Source: Octopus vulgaris (taxonomy: Eukaryota). Taken from it: 64,000 nucleotides of DNA. Each line of letters starts with the position of its first letter. The first letter of the stretch is position 1. The notes beneath the pieces are model-generated. The model did no database searches. It worked only from the letters and a program-made list of their open reading frames with translations, and was not told where the DNA came from. Shown here piece after piece: positions 11,776-24,486 of this stretch. Location of the stretch: the NCBI GenBank assembly GCA_951406725.2, contig OX597825.1, forward strand, positions 46,872,001 through 46,936,000. The letters run 5' to 3'. The translations under genes and the position numbers were made by a program.

Positions 11776-13299
11776 GCGCGCATACATAAATATAATGCGA
11801 ACATTCGTATAGATATTATTATTGTTATTATTGTCTGCGGTAGATATAAATAATTGACAATATAGGTGCTTGCAGGCGTTATATAGACTACATACTCACA
11901 CTAATCTATACACACACACATACACACAGACATGCACGCGCACAAGCGTGCACACACACACACACACTCACATATACACGTGTGTGCGCGCGGTAGTATG
12001 ATCTTGTACTTATCGACTCCGGAGAGATGAAAGGGTAACTTGACCTCAGCAGGTTTTAAACTGAGAGTGCACGAGCTAGAACACAAGCCAGAACAAATAC
12101 TACTAGGTATTCTTTCTATACAAATTACTTTGTAGTAATTCAATCCATCTCCTTTGTCACTCTTTACGCCTATTCGTCTTTTAATTTCGATATAATAAAG
12201 TACTAGACAAAACACTAGTGTTGGTATTACACCTCTTAAGCTGGTACTGCAGCACGACCTCAGTACAATGACTGGATGTAATAAAAGAATAATGAAGTAC
12301 ACGAGATAAATAAGGTGAGTTGTGTCTAGAGAATTGGTGTTGGATCATACATTAATAGTAAGTTTTCCCATTTACGCTTTAATCATTTAATCCCTCTCAT
12401 GTCCCATTCAACTGATGAAAGTGTTTAAGTGTGACTGCTTTAATGTATCGTCCATAGTGATTTTTATGATTTTTATTTCGTAAAGTCTATCAAGTTGATA
12501 ATACTTTAATGATTTTCAGCTCATTACTTTATTTATTATAGCCTTGTATCTTTACCGACTTGATTTTAATGGAAATTTTGCGATTCTTCATTTTTGAAAC
12601 ATATAGTTCAGTACCCTATGGTTCTGTTACATTGTTACATGGCTAATAAAAAGATGTAAATTGAAATGTTTCACAGTTTTTACATCATAATTACTCAAGT
12701 GTCAATGAAAGGCATTAAACTAGGCTGAAAGAATCATCAAACAACATGACTGTGTCAATTAATCTTCATTGATAAAGTACTAATTAATTTTGCGTAAGTT
12801 CAACGGAAATTGTAAGTAGATATATTCAAAGAAAATAAATTCGCTATGCCAAGAATCAGATTAATTTTCCTTTCACCATTATGTACGTATTGTCAATTCT
12901 ATTCGGCAACGGTTATTCTATTCTTCCTCTCAAAACATCGTCACGATATCTGCCAAACAACACCTTACCCCACTGTATATTGCCTATTTCTGATCTTAAT
13001 TAATCGTGTTTTTTTCAGTGAGTCAATCCAATTGAAATACAGTCTTTTGAATTTTGAGTTGTCACTCTTTCATTCTGTATGGTTGATTCACGTATTATTG
13101 AATATTTATCTCTTCTCCACATCACTTCAGCTTTGATTTAGCAAACTCATTTTTCAAGCCACATAAAATGTGCTACCGCCTGTTTCACCTATATTATACA
13201 GGATGGAGCGGGGTTATTTCAGTAAACTTAATTATCAGTATATTACTCTTCTAACCAGTTTAAAGGGTTTTATTTCTATCAGACACCGCTACCATGCCA

Positions 13300-13612
13300 A
13301 GTAAAATGTTAACGCAAGAAATCAAGAGGTATGCAGTCATCGTTGCCATATGTACGGACCGCAATGATTTAGAAACTGCCAGTTTTCTAAACGTGACATA
13401 ATTTTTTTGTAGGCAAAGTCCAAATGTGTGTTTCAAATGTATCACAGACAGAAAAATTCTAAATATTTGGACATTATAAGAACATCGCAAGTCATCCAAT
13501 GAGTTCAAAACATGATCGATGATGATCTCGGAAAGTCAATGATGGCCATCGCCAAAGAACTAGTCCGAGTGGACTATCAGAACTGTGGTGAACGAGAACA
13601 TTCGATACAAAT
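13300..13612 (+). mobile_element. Degenerate Tc1/maT-type transposase N-terminal (HTH) remnant
   Basis: Manual translation MLTQEIKRYAVIVAI...DDDLGKSMMAIAKEL..SEWTIRTVVNENIRYK, with stops and frameshifts. Confidence 0.6.
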
Positions 13613-14961
13613 ATTCTACCTTCGTACTTACGTAATTTTATTCTGATTTTTTTATTTCATAATATTGATGATAGAGATTAGTATAGTTATAAAATTGGTT
13701 GCTTCTGTTTCACTATAAACACATTTATCTCTCCCCATTTCCTACCACCCGAGGTAATTCAAAACTGAATGAGGGAAATCATAGACTTTTCTGGTTGTGA
13801 ATCTAACGATGTCATTTTTTGCCAAGTCTTGTCCCGTGTAGATTTCAGTTCAGTATTATCCCACTACCAGCGCTCAATAACATTTTGTGGCTTGTGCATA
13901 CAGGCTAGTTGTTGTGATCTGCAATTTTACGGGCTTCTAGATTCAATTTACAAAATATCAACTAAGGTATATATTTTTGTTATCGCTTCAGGGTAGCAGT
14001 ATTCAAACAAAAATAGTCAGCCGAACGATGAGGATTTACCCAATTGTCCTTCTTCAGTTATATCCTTTTATATATCTGCTATATCTGACAGAGGACCACA
14101 CTAAACGTTCCGAAATGCAGTACTGAGTCGTATGGGTTTGCAGTTTGGATATATCATGCTCTTATTGATGTCCACTCCTATTCCTGTATTTCTGCAGAGT
14201 CTGGTGGTGACCACAGCGGAAACGAACAAAGTCGAAATACTAATTTTTTGTATAGGTATTTCAAATCCTTATGAAATACCTTCAACTAATTGACAGATAA
14301 CCCACCATCATACTGCAATCACTGCTCTTCTAGGTTAGCTATTTATGATTCTCTTTTCCTCTTCTAGAAGGACATCAGTTTCTGCTTACCTGATCAAGCA
14401 GATTGTCTTTCCTTTTCACAGAAACCCGCTCAATATACACGTCTCCTCCTCCGCCGCCCTTTATCTCAATTTATAGCTTTCACTTGAAACACATCATTCA
14501 ATATTTTCCTCCCCAAAATATAACTCCTTCACGTTTGCCACGAAGACATCGATCCACACATTCTTAAGTAAAATATCGACCAGTTTGAAATGATCAGCAA
14601 AGTTAATGGCCATTCTCTTATTCTGACTTACTGAAAATAAACTGATTCAGGAAATATGTTCATTAAAGTGCTATATTTGATTAAAATTCTATTAGGTCTG
14701 TTACAATTAAAAACATGCTACTTTGTATTTTCCCTAACAATGCCAATACAAATTATTTCAGTAATTATGTTTTAGAGATTTAAAAATCATTCTTACATTG
14801 AGTGGAGAGGAGAATAACAATTCACAGATGATATTTTGCAATTATATTTATGTTTATCTTGAACTTAGAAGGCGTACTGTGTCTTTCCAGTTCCAGTAAT
14901 CTATTGTAGCAATAGATCAAAATATTGAGAAAGAAAGCGAAAGATAGTGAAATATAAAGAG

Positions 14962-14997
<36 letters not shown>

Positions 14998-16002
14998 AGA
15001 GAGGGAGGGAGATCGAGAGGAAGAGGGGAGAGAAAATGATTGAGTAGTTTACAAAAGTATGTTGTTATGCATTTAAAAGCATATGGATGCATGTTTCATG
15101 TGAGGTTGCTTAAGGTAATATGCCAGAGAACTGGTTATTTTAATAGTAGTTTTAGAAGTAGCAGCAGCAGTAGTGTTCGTTTTGTTATTGTTTAGCATCA
15201 GGACAACCTTGATCGGGCAGACGTATGATCAAAGGCATTCCATCATTTTTCTATGTGCCGAGACATTATCACACGTGTTCAGTCCGTGTGGGGGTTTCGC
15301 GTAGAGGATTTCTAATTAGATTGTAAGAGATATTACAAAGAAAGACTATTGTCAGGATGTTAAAGAAATAACGAGTTTAGGGTAACAGCTCAGCAGATCA
15401 AGCAATGCTGCTAATTAAGCATGTTTTCGACTATTATGAATAACTCGTATTCAACTATATTTTCCTCAACGTACAGCAAATTTCTCCATCAAATCCTTTC
15501 TGTTGAATAATCAATATTAAGAATTTGTTTACAATTGTAATTAGCTATCATTTTCATACTCATTAATCTATCCTAACGGATAGTAGTCATTGAATAGACA
15601 CAAAACCGAAATGGCTTTAAAGAAAGTAAAATAAACTAGAGAAATACACCCTTCTAGCATACTATTTCCGTATGTATTTCGAAGAATGACATTTGTGATT
15701 TTACTTACAAATTTACGGACAAGTTACACAAGTTATATTCACATTCACAGCCTGCGTTATATGCGTGTAATAAACAAAAAAAGTTTATAAAAAATATCTG
15801 TATTTTATTGTAACACGTACATGTTACAAGACCAGTAAACCAATTGTATATATTGATTTGTACATATTAAGTAAAAATATGAACTTTGGCCCAAAGAAAA
15901 AAAGTGATTTGTGTGCGTATGTATATATGTAAATGTACAAATAGGTATGTATGCATACATACAATCATAATACATCATATACATGCATACATACATCTCT
16001 CC

Positions 16003-16071
<69 letters not shown>

Positions 16072-17129
16072 CACACAAATTTATATATGTATGTATATCT
16101 CTATCTATCTCTCTATCTGTCTGTCTGTCTGTCTGTCTGTCTGCCTGTCTGTCTGCCTCTCTTTCTATCCACACGCACACACACATATATAGTGTGTGTG
16201 TGTGTGTGTGTGTGGAAAAGTTATAAAATGTGTGTCTGTATTATAGATATTATCCCAAATGTATTTTAAGCAGACATTTCTTGTGAGGCGTTTGGAAAGC
16301 GAAAAATAATAACTACAATTTATCTATAGTTGTATTCAATTTACTCTGGTTCTTTGGCAAAATTCCACATAGTTGCTCTTTAAGGACTCGGTGGGATTAA
16401 GATTTGGCAATATCCCATCAATAGATTTCTGCCAAATATTTGCTTTGCTATGACGACTGTACGAAGCTGTTTTATTCACGACTCGAAAATTATGAGCGAT
16501 TTTCTATCACCTAAAGCATGTATTATTATTCAGAAAAAGATTCTTAAGGAGCAATCTGAAAAAGAGATATCAAGATGTTGAAACATTATCATAGGCTTAC
16601 AGCCAATAGAATGTAATAAAACTGAAACTCAACTTTTGCTAACATCATTGATAACAATGAAAGAATATAGTTTATTTACATGTAATGCTGTGTTGTCCAA
16701 CATTTCCATGAATGAAATTATTCAGAATAAACTCTTTATCTCCGCAAAACAGCTGTAAATTTATGTTTTCAGTTTCTAAGAAAGCATTTTTTATTTCCCA
16801 CTTTTAAATGTTTCTTTTTTTTAATTTTTTTAATACGATTTACTCGGGAAAAGCATCGCGTCCGCGCAATTAGAGAAGTAATTAAAGTTATTAGACATGG
16901 CAAAATTTCAAGTCTATAAAACTTGGACAGAGAATCCACTATGTGTGTGCGTGTGTGTGTGTATGTGTGTGTGTATGTGTGTGTGTGTCTGTGTGTGTGT
17001 GGTGGGTTCGTTTATGTGCGTGCACAGGCGCACGTATATATATACACAGAAATATAGACATAAACATATGAATATATGTATGTATATATACACAAACACA
17101 GACACACATATTTTGCTTCGAGCCGCATC

Positions 17130-17345
17130 TACACCTCGCAGATCTCTGAGGTTTTTGGCAGAATGTTGAAAAGTTGTAGGCCCTTGAAACCTAAGCTGTT
17201 ACAATACCGTGCCCTTTCTCTTGATGGGGAAGACGGGACTTCCACTTAGGTGGTCGGAATCCCAAAGTTGGATACTACATATTCCAGAATTTTCCAAGTA
17301 TATTTCCCTGCATATCTTTCTTGTCTTTTCTCTTGTGAGTGAAAT
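17130..17345 (-). mobile_element. CR1/L2-group LINE 3' ORF remnant
   Basis: Minus frames give YCNSLGFKGLQLFNILPK and ERRQERY...WKIL, typical of this group's C-terminus. Confidence 0.5.
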
Positions 17346-18069
17346 GATAACAACACGAACCAGAGGCTGTAATAGAAAATGAGAATTATTGGATGTTATT
17401 GGCTTCTTCATAAAGACTATTGAAGCAAGAAGATTAGATATGATTATAGAAGATAAATAAACAATGTACGATCATAGATTTTTCTATTCCCTATAATAGC
17501 AGAATTGTTACCAATTAAATTGAAAAAAATTAGAAATTTCAGGATCTAGCCAGAGAGCTGAAGAGACTGTAAATGACCAAGACAACACTTATTCCTGTTG
17601 TAATTAGTGCATTTTGCACAGCACCCGAAATACTACCTAAAAGACTGAAAGACATTGGAATTGAAATTGAGACAACAGCAAAAACAACAACAGCAACAGT
17701 GATTATTTCAGAAGATGAAATCCATTTTGCTTTACCATGTCAAAATTTTTCACAAACTCAAATTCCCATTGTTCCGGTAGTGTCACCATTTCTAAGGATA
17801 GATTTGACTTTATCAAATGCAGACCCATGTATAGAGCTTGATATAACTTTGAAAACAGTTTTCCCAATATATTTAAAGTAAATGCAACAACAAAAGTGTT
17901 GTGATGTGAGTGTACATGTCGGGTGTAAGAGTAGTATTACCCAAATAAATATTTGGATAGGGTTGTCTAGAATTACCTTTCGTTGAATCTTTACACAGAA
18001 CGCATTCCATACTACTTCAAACGTAGTGACGATATTCTTTTCTACTCTAAGCACAAGACCCGAAATGTT

Positions 18070-18785
18070 TGATTAGATGGACCCCAGTACGCAACTGGCA
18101 CTTAATTTATCGACCCCCAAAGGATGAAAGGCAATGTCGACCTCGGCGGAATTTGAACTCAGAACGTTCAGACATGCGAAATACCTATTCCTTTACTACC
18201 CACAAGGGCCTAAACACAGAGGGGACAAACAAGGACAGACAAAGGGATTAAGTCGATTACATCGACTCCAGTGTGTAACTGGTACTAAATTGATCGACCC
18301 CGAAAGGATGAAAGGCAAAGTCGATCTCGGCAGAATTTGAACTCAGAACGTAGCGGCAGACGAAATACCTATTTCTTTACTACCCACAAGGGGCTAAACG
18401 CAGAGGGGAAAACAAGGACAGACAAAGGGATTAAGTCGATTACATCGACCCCAGTGCGTAACCGGTACTAAATTGATCGACCCCGAAAAGATGAAAGGCA
18501 AAGTCGACCTCGGCGGAATTTGAACTCAGAACGTAGCGGCAGACGAAATACCTATTTCTTTACTACCCACAAGGGGCTAAACACAGAGGGGACAAACAAA
18601 GACAGATAAATGGATTAAGTCGATTACATCGACCCCAGTGCGTAACTGGTACTTAATTGATTGACCCCGAAAGGATGAAAGGCAAAGTCGACCTCGGCGG
18701 AATTTGAACTTACAACGTAGAAGCAGACGAAATACGGCTACGCATTTCGCCCGGCGTGCTAACGATTCTGCCAGCTCGCCGTCTT
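18070..18785 (-). mobile_element. tRNA-derived SINE family B as a head plus ~4 tandem ~183-bp body units
   Basis: Head ggcgagctggcagaatcgttagc (A box) and gagttcaaattcc (B box) on minus; unit junction gacgaaatac|ctatttctttactacccacaag recurs near 18180, 18360 and 18545. Confidence 0.88.
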
Positions 18786-19149
18786 AACGTAGTTTCAATA
18801 CTAAACTAACACAGTAAAAATACGGACGATTAATGCTGTCAACTGTACCGCTATTAACCACTCACAGTTCACACAGGTTCTTTATTTTATTGAAATGTGT
18901 TATTCCTCTTACAGTCACGTGGGGGTGGTCAGGATCCTTCCACAACAAAAAGTGAAAACACATGTCATGATTTATATATCTTCAGTAAAAATAAATGAAA
19001 AAAGCACCAAACTTGAGAAACATTCACTATTTTCAATCTAACCAGTTTTAAATGTCATGATGATGACAGAAATGTCCTGTATACAATTAGATGTTATTAA
19101 ACAACACATCTCTGGGGTCCTTGACATCATACACGTCTCATATTTGTGG

Positions 19150-20385
19150 AATTTGTCTGCGTTTGGATTACTGTGATTATCATTGCAAACCAGGTGAGAC
19201 ATGTTTTGATGAGACTTTCACTATTTCTTATGAACATCGATATTTTGAATGCGCCCTTAATATTTTAATTGTGAGGTCACATTGGTCAAAGTCACTTTTT
19301 GTCAAGCATGGTAAAAAACCCCCCCAAAACTGTAGAAAGAATTTCATGGTATGTATGTTTTTCATGGAACTTTACCATCACAAATTTACATTTGCTTACT
19401 TTATAACTGGTAACGATTCTGAAAATGCTTTCACCAGGTTGGATTGAATATATGTTTTGTATTTTAAAAAATAAGGTCAATTGTGAAAGAAAAAAATTCA
19501 GAAACAACCCCGATGTCTTTTGCTATATTTGTGAGAGTTACAATTTACCTAGGCAGCGATTTCCCAGATTTAGCTTAGCTTACATTGTCATGAAACTGGG
19601 TGATCAATACAAAGCCTGGGCACCCCTTATTATGTGTAAAACATGTGTTGAAACAATAAGACAGTGATTGTTTCAAATATTTAAGTAGAAAATTTTCAGC
19701 TTTGCCTTGCGAGAAAATTAAGTTTGGTGTTTTTGATGAGCCACAGATTAGGTGGTTATTACAGGACAAACAGTTTTTGGAGACCATGTCTAGCGTTAAA
19801 AAAGAAGCATGAAATACTTTTGCTGCAGTTGTGTCTGATTTTCTGGGAAACAGGTAGTCATATAATTATGAAGAACATGAGTGTAAAAGTGCATTTCCTG
19901 CACGGTTATCTTGACAACTTTCCTGAAAATCATACTGCAATAAGTGATGAGCAAGGAGAAAGATTCCGCCGCGTCATGGAAACCTAGGCAAGTTGAATAC
20001 AAATATGATGGTTGACTACTCCAAGTCTCTGCAAAGAAACTGCTGTGATGCAATTATTCACGCAAAGCAGCAAAAAAAAAAAAGGTTTACATCTTGAGTA
20101 GCTGAAACTCCAGTTTCACAAAAACTAAGATGTGTAATCACACATTTTGTGCACAAAAAGCACTATTTGGCTTGTGTTTGTTTCTTATTTCAGTACTGAA
20201 TTTAATGGCAAAATTGACATTTTTTGTAAAAAAAAAGAAAAAAAAAGAAAATGAATTTTTGGTTATAAAATAAATAAACTTGACGTGAGAAGAAAATGGA
20301 GTAGTTTTGAAATCAACATATCAAGTATTGTCCAAATCAAGTGAAAAAGAAAACAAAAAAATTGTACAAAATTGTCCCCTTGTGT
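19150..20385 (+). mobile_element. Chapaev3-like (CMC) DNA transposon remnant, internally deleted
   Basis: RNNPDVFCYIC...LGDQYKAWAPLIMCKTC and MSVKVHFLHGYLDNFPENHTAISDEQGERF match Chapaev3 transposase motifs; ends approximate. Confidence 0.75.
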
Positions 20386-20499
20386 GATTGAATTACTCCT
20401 AAGCAATATAAGTATCTCACAACACAAGTCCTTTGTGATTCTCCTTATTACTGTTTCCTCGAAGCAAACTACTGAATTAAACAAATTATGGACCTTTGC

Positions 20500-21185
20500 C
20501 AACTGATAAACCGTTAATCATCTCCTCTATATGGATGACTCGAAATTGTTCGTAAACAATGTTCAACAACTGCAAACACTTCTACACGCAGTCAATCAAT
20601 TTAGTGATGACATCAAAATGGAATTTAGGTTTGAAAAATTCACCAAATCTACATTTACCAAGAGAAAGCTATCAAACACATGCAACATTACCCTAGATAG
20701 AGACACCGGGATAAAATGATTAAAACTTCAGGTCAGTTATATGTACCTAGGAATGTGTGAGTGAGATAGGATTAAGCACTCACTAATAAGGGAAAAGATA
20801 AGGAAGGCGTGCCACCAAAAAGTAAGAACCCTTCTGAAAACCGAGCTGAATGTCAGAAACAATTGAAACCATACAAACAGTGGCCGTGCCTGTAATCACA
20901 TGCAGCTTCAATATTATAAACTGGTCCATCTCTGAGAGCAACAAAGTTGATGCCAAAAGGCAAAAGCTGATGATAATGCAATGTAAGCATCACCAAAAAG
21001 CAGATACGTGCCGAATATACAACCAGAGAAAAGAAAGCGTTGTATTCTAAACTCTCATTGAAAATTGCAACCATGGGACTTTCTGTCTACCTGCAACAAG
21101 TAAACGACTGGATGCTAAAGCTGGATCTGAAATATGAAAATACCAAAAGGTTGGACGAAAAACAGGAAAAACACCTCACAAATTC
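20500..21185 (+). mobile_element. Degenerate R4/Dong-like LINE RT fragment
   Basis: HLLYMDDSKLF...FSDDIKMEF, AVPVITCSFNIINW; homologous to 26780-27400. Confidence 0.8.
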
Positions 21186-21374
21186 TTAAAACTTCTTACG
21201 CTCACAAATTCGTAAAACTTCATAAAACCAATAAACGAATCGATTTGTAATATTTCATGTTTTCCAGATAAGACGTCAGGCTATATTGACACCAGATTTT
21301 GGAAAATAAGTGAAATATCCATTGAGATAATTAGCTAGAAAGAGAACAGGCTGATATCGTTTTGTGCCAGCCTC

Positions 21375-22410
21375 ACCATGTCTTCTCAATTGAGCAATGT
21401 TGAGAGGGCTAAGATCATTTAGGCCTTCAGTAATGGTACGAACATTCATTCTATTCTTCAGAGTCCATTCAAGAACCAGAGTCCATTCAAGAGAATTGTA
21501 AGTTTGAGAAAGGGGGAATAGTGGAGAGGAAAATTGGATGAGGAGATCATAACCGCAAGAGGAATCATTTCAATATGGAGCTGAAGGGATCAATCAGAAG
21601 AGATCCAACTCAATCCATAAGATGTTTGACACGTGAAGGATGAGTCTCAGCTATGGCAGTGACAATATTTGAAAATGAAATCGTACGTGAGAACTATGAG
21701 GTTAGAAGGTTGGAGAGAGTAAAATCATCTTGAACAAAGTGAAACATAATTCTGGAGTGACCTTTTACACGGATGAGAAGAATTTCACCCAAGATACGCA
21801 CACATAGAGAGGCAACTGTCGCGTCCTGGCTTCAGATCTTCATAAGAGAACCAAAAATGGTCATTTCCAGGTGCAAAAACAAACATCTGCGTGGCCTTTG
21901 ATAGCAAGAAGATGTCATTGTTCATGTTTGAGAAGGCTGAGAAACTGACGGGAGTTTGTTATGTTCAGGTTTTGAAAGATGTAAAGACCTAAATTCTTTC
22001 TGAATATCCTAAGGCAAGAGGTGAGAAAAAAGCCCAAACAAGATCGCTAGGGGCTTCCAGTTTACATTCCAGAAAGATGGAACTTCTTGTCACATGAGTG
22101 CAATGGCTCAAGAATTTCTCGGGGATGGATGAGCTTGTGAACAAGTATTCGGATAAGGGCACATGGACCCCTTAATCACGTGATTTGAACCCAGCCGACA
22201 CAAGCACGAACAGTCATTTCTGACTAGGAATTACCAGAGGAAGGTTCCGAAATGAACTAGCCAGAAAGGCTTGTGAGAAAATCCACAGCAACCGGCAAGT
22301 CCTCAAAAACTCCATCCATACGATGAGGAATTCATTAAGAAAGCTTGTGGAGCAGCTAGGAAGAAGGTTGAGTAAGTCATTATCAGAAGAGGAGCAACTC
22401 TTGATGCTTC
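21375..22410 (+). mobile_element. Degenerate maT/Tc1-type transposase
   Basis: Fragments FYTDEKNFT, FTFQKDGTSCH...AQEFL and DKGTWTP*SRDLNPAD correspond to the three catalytic motifs, with D in the third position. Confidence 0.68.
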
Positions 22411-22839
22411 ACAGGTAGGATTTCAGTCAGGATTGTCTCTGGAACTTTGAAACAAAGCTCCCATTTGGACATTATTTTTATCCCTTATGAGCTTCTATTC
22501 CTGAACTATGGTTAATTATTTATGAAAATGTAATTTTTGTCCATGATCAACTTCATATAAATTCTTCTGGTTAGCTTGGAGAGTAATCAACACTTTTCCC
22601 GTTCAAAGTAGAGTCCAATAGTGTTAGAAAAACTGGTAATTACATTATGTTATATTTAAGCGTCCATGGGTTACAAAAAATTGAAGCTGAATCTAAAATT
22701 GGAATAATTTTGCTGATACGTCCGGTACCTCCGAGAAATGCAACTAAACGATTCAGTACCCGAAGAAAACGTGTCCTCAACAGACAAGGCAAAACAAATA
22801 AAGACCGTAGCCAAACAAGCCAGACTCTAATGTATTAAG

Positions 22840-23380
22840 GAGAAATTGGAGCAAAGGCCGACTACTCATCAGTGATTATCATGTTCCGATCCCAAACCAG
22901 AAACTGAGGGGTACATCATTGCTGTTCATGAACAATCCCTTCCAACTACCCGAGTAATATCCTGAAATATGAAAGCAGCTCATCATCTCGCTTCTGCAGA
23001 TAGCACCAATATACAATCGACAACATAATTTCTGAATGTATTAGATTAGCACCAACTGGATACTAACAAAGGCATATCAAGGCAGCTCAGTATATACAGT
23101 ATCTCTCACAAAAACAATTGATGGGAACACAAGCCACCACAAGATTCCCAGAATACCGAAGTTACCATTCTTTGGAATTTCAGTTTTCAGACCGATCGAG
23201 AAATATAGGCAAACCGACCTGATCTCATTGTGAAAAAACATATTGAAAAGACTTGTCTTCTTATTGATGCTGTAGCCCAGCCAAGAAAAACACATATCTG
23301 GAAACGTTTGAAAATTGAGCAAGTAATAAGGACCTGAAGATTGAATTCAGAAGAATGTGACACCTCCAAATAACAACATT
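22840..23380 (+). mobile_element. Degenerate R4/Dong-like LINE 3' fragment (RLE region)
   Basis: ETEGYIIAVHEQSLPT, ILWNFSFQTDREI*ANRPDLIVK...CLLID. Confidence 0.72.
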
Positions 23381-23387
23381 AACACCG

Positions 23388-23654
23388 CTAAGCATTTCGT
23401 CCAGCATGCTAACGATTCTGCCAGCTCGCCGCCTTTAATAATGGTTTGAAATTTTGCCACAGGGACAGTAATTTTGGGGGAAGGGTTAAATCGATTAAAT
23501 CTACCCCAGTGTTCAACTGGTACTTATTTCATAGACCCCGTAAGGAGGAAAGGCATAGTCGACCTCGGCAGAATTTGAACTTAGAATGAAGCGGTAGACG
23601 AAATACTGCTCATCATTTTGCCTTGCGAGTTAACGATTCTGCCAGCTCGTCGCT

Positions 23655-23655
<1 letters not shown>
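23388..23655 (-). mobile_element. SINE family B (one head fragment plus one copy)
   Basis: aacgattctgccagctcg head twice; body gaccccgtaaggaggaaaggcatagtcgacctcggcag. Confidence 0.8.
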
Positions 23656-23715
<60 letters not shown>

Positions 23716-23861
23716 GAAGAAGAAGAACAACAACAACAACGACAACAACGACGACGACGACGACAACAACAACAACAACGACAACAACAACGACGACAAC
23801 GACGACGACGATGACGATGATGATGATGATGATGATGATGATGATAATAATAATAATAATA
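23656..23861. repeat. Compound trinucleotide microsatellite (TAA)(GAA)(CAA)(CGA)(TGA)(TAA)
   Basis: Seen directly. Confidence 0.95.
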
Positions 23862-24423
23862 AATGCCCTGATGCAGTACCAGGCAGTGGCTTTCATGGCT
23901 TCTGATCTTAACTGATTGGAGGTGTTATCTTGTACATTGTTTGTTTTGGTATAAAAGATGGGCTACAGCAAATATTGTGCTCAATACTACAGATTTGCTT
24001 GTCAGTTGTTTGACCTTAACCAGTTGACCATGTCCCTTAATGGGTGACGATATGTGCATCTCTAATCATGAGCAGAAGTAGTGGGTGAGCATCATAGTCA
24101 TGTGTTGAGAGGGATTCTTTGGGGTTTGAATAATTCACCTCTGGAAACATGGGTGTTTCGTTCAATATCCTTAAAGAAGCCATATTCATGGACCTTTTGA
24201 GCGGGATGGGCTACTCGACCAGAAGAAAATTCTAACTGGGCCCCACCTGCAAGGTCATGCGCTGTTTATCTTGATATGAGATCACCATGTCGAGCACAAA
24301 TTGTTGTGATGCATGTGCCTGGTGTGCCCTTATCAGACGAGTAGTCATGATGGTTATACTGGGCTTCGTATATTTTACCCCAGTGTCACTTTGATGGCAT
24401 GCACTGCTCTCTCTCTCTCTCTC

Positions 24424-24424
<1 letters not shown>
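23862..24424 (+). mobile_element. ~560-bp non-coding interspersed repeat (family D) bounded by (TAA)n
   Basis: Second copy at 28515-28975; 5' part inverted at 37988-38130; strand assigned from the truncation pattern. Confidence 0.8.

Positions 24425-24485
<61 letters not shown>

Positions 24486-24486
<1 letters not shown>

Noticed and set aside
13985-14260. Possible + strand exons (ttcag| near 13990; ttctgcag| near 14197 to |gtattt)
   Set aside because: Short, no recognisable protein; such splice-like motifs are common by chance in AT-rich DNA.
17573-18000. 102-aa ORF with a protein-like second half
   Set aside because: The first half is a Dong-like LINE C-terminal remnant (IPVVISAF); the remainder has stops and no recognisable homology.
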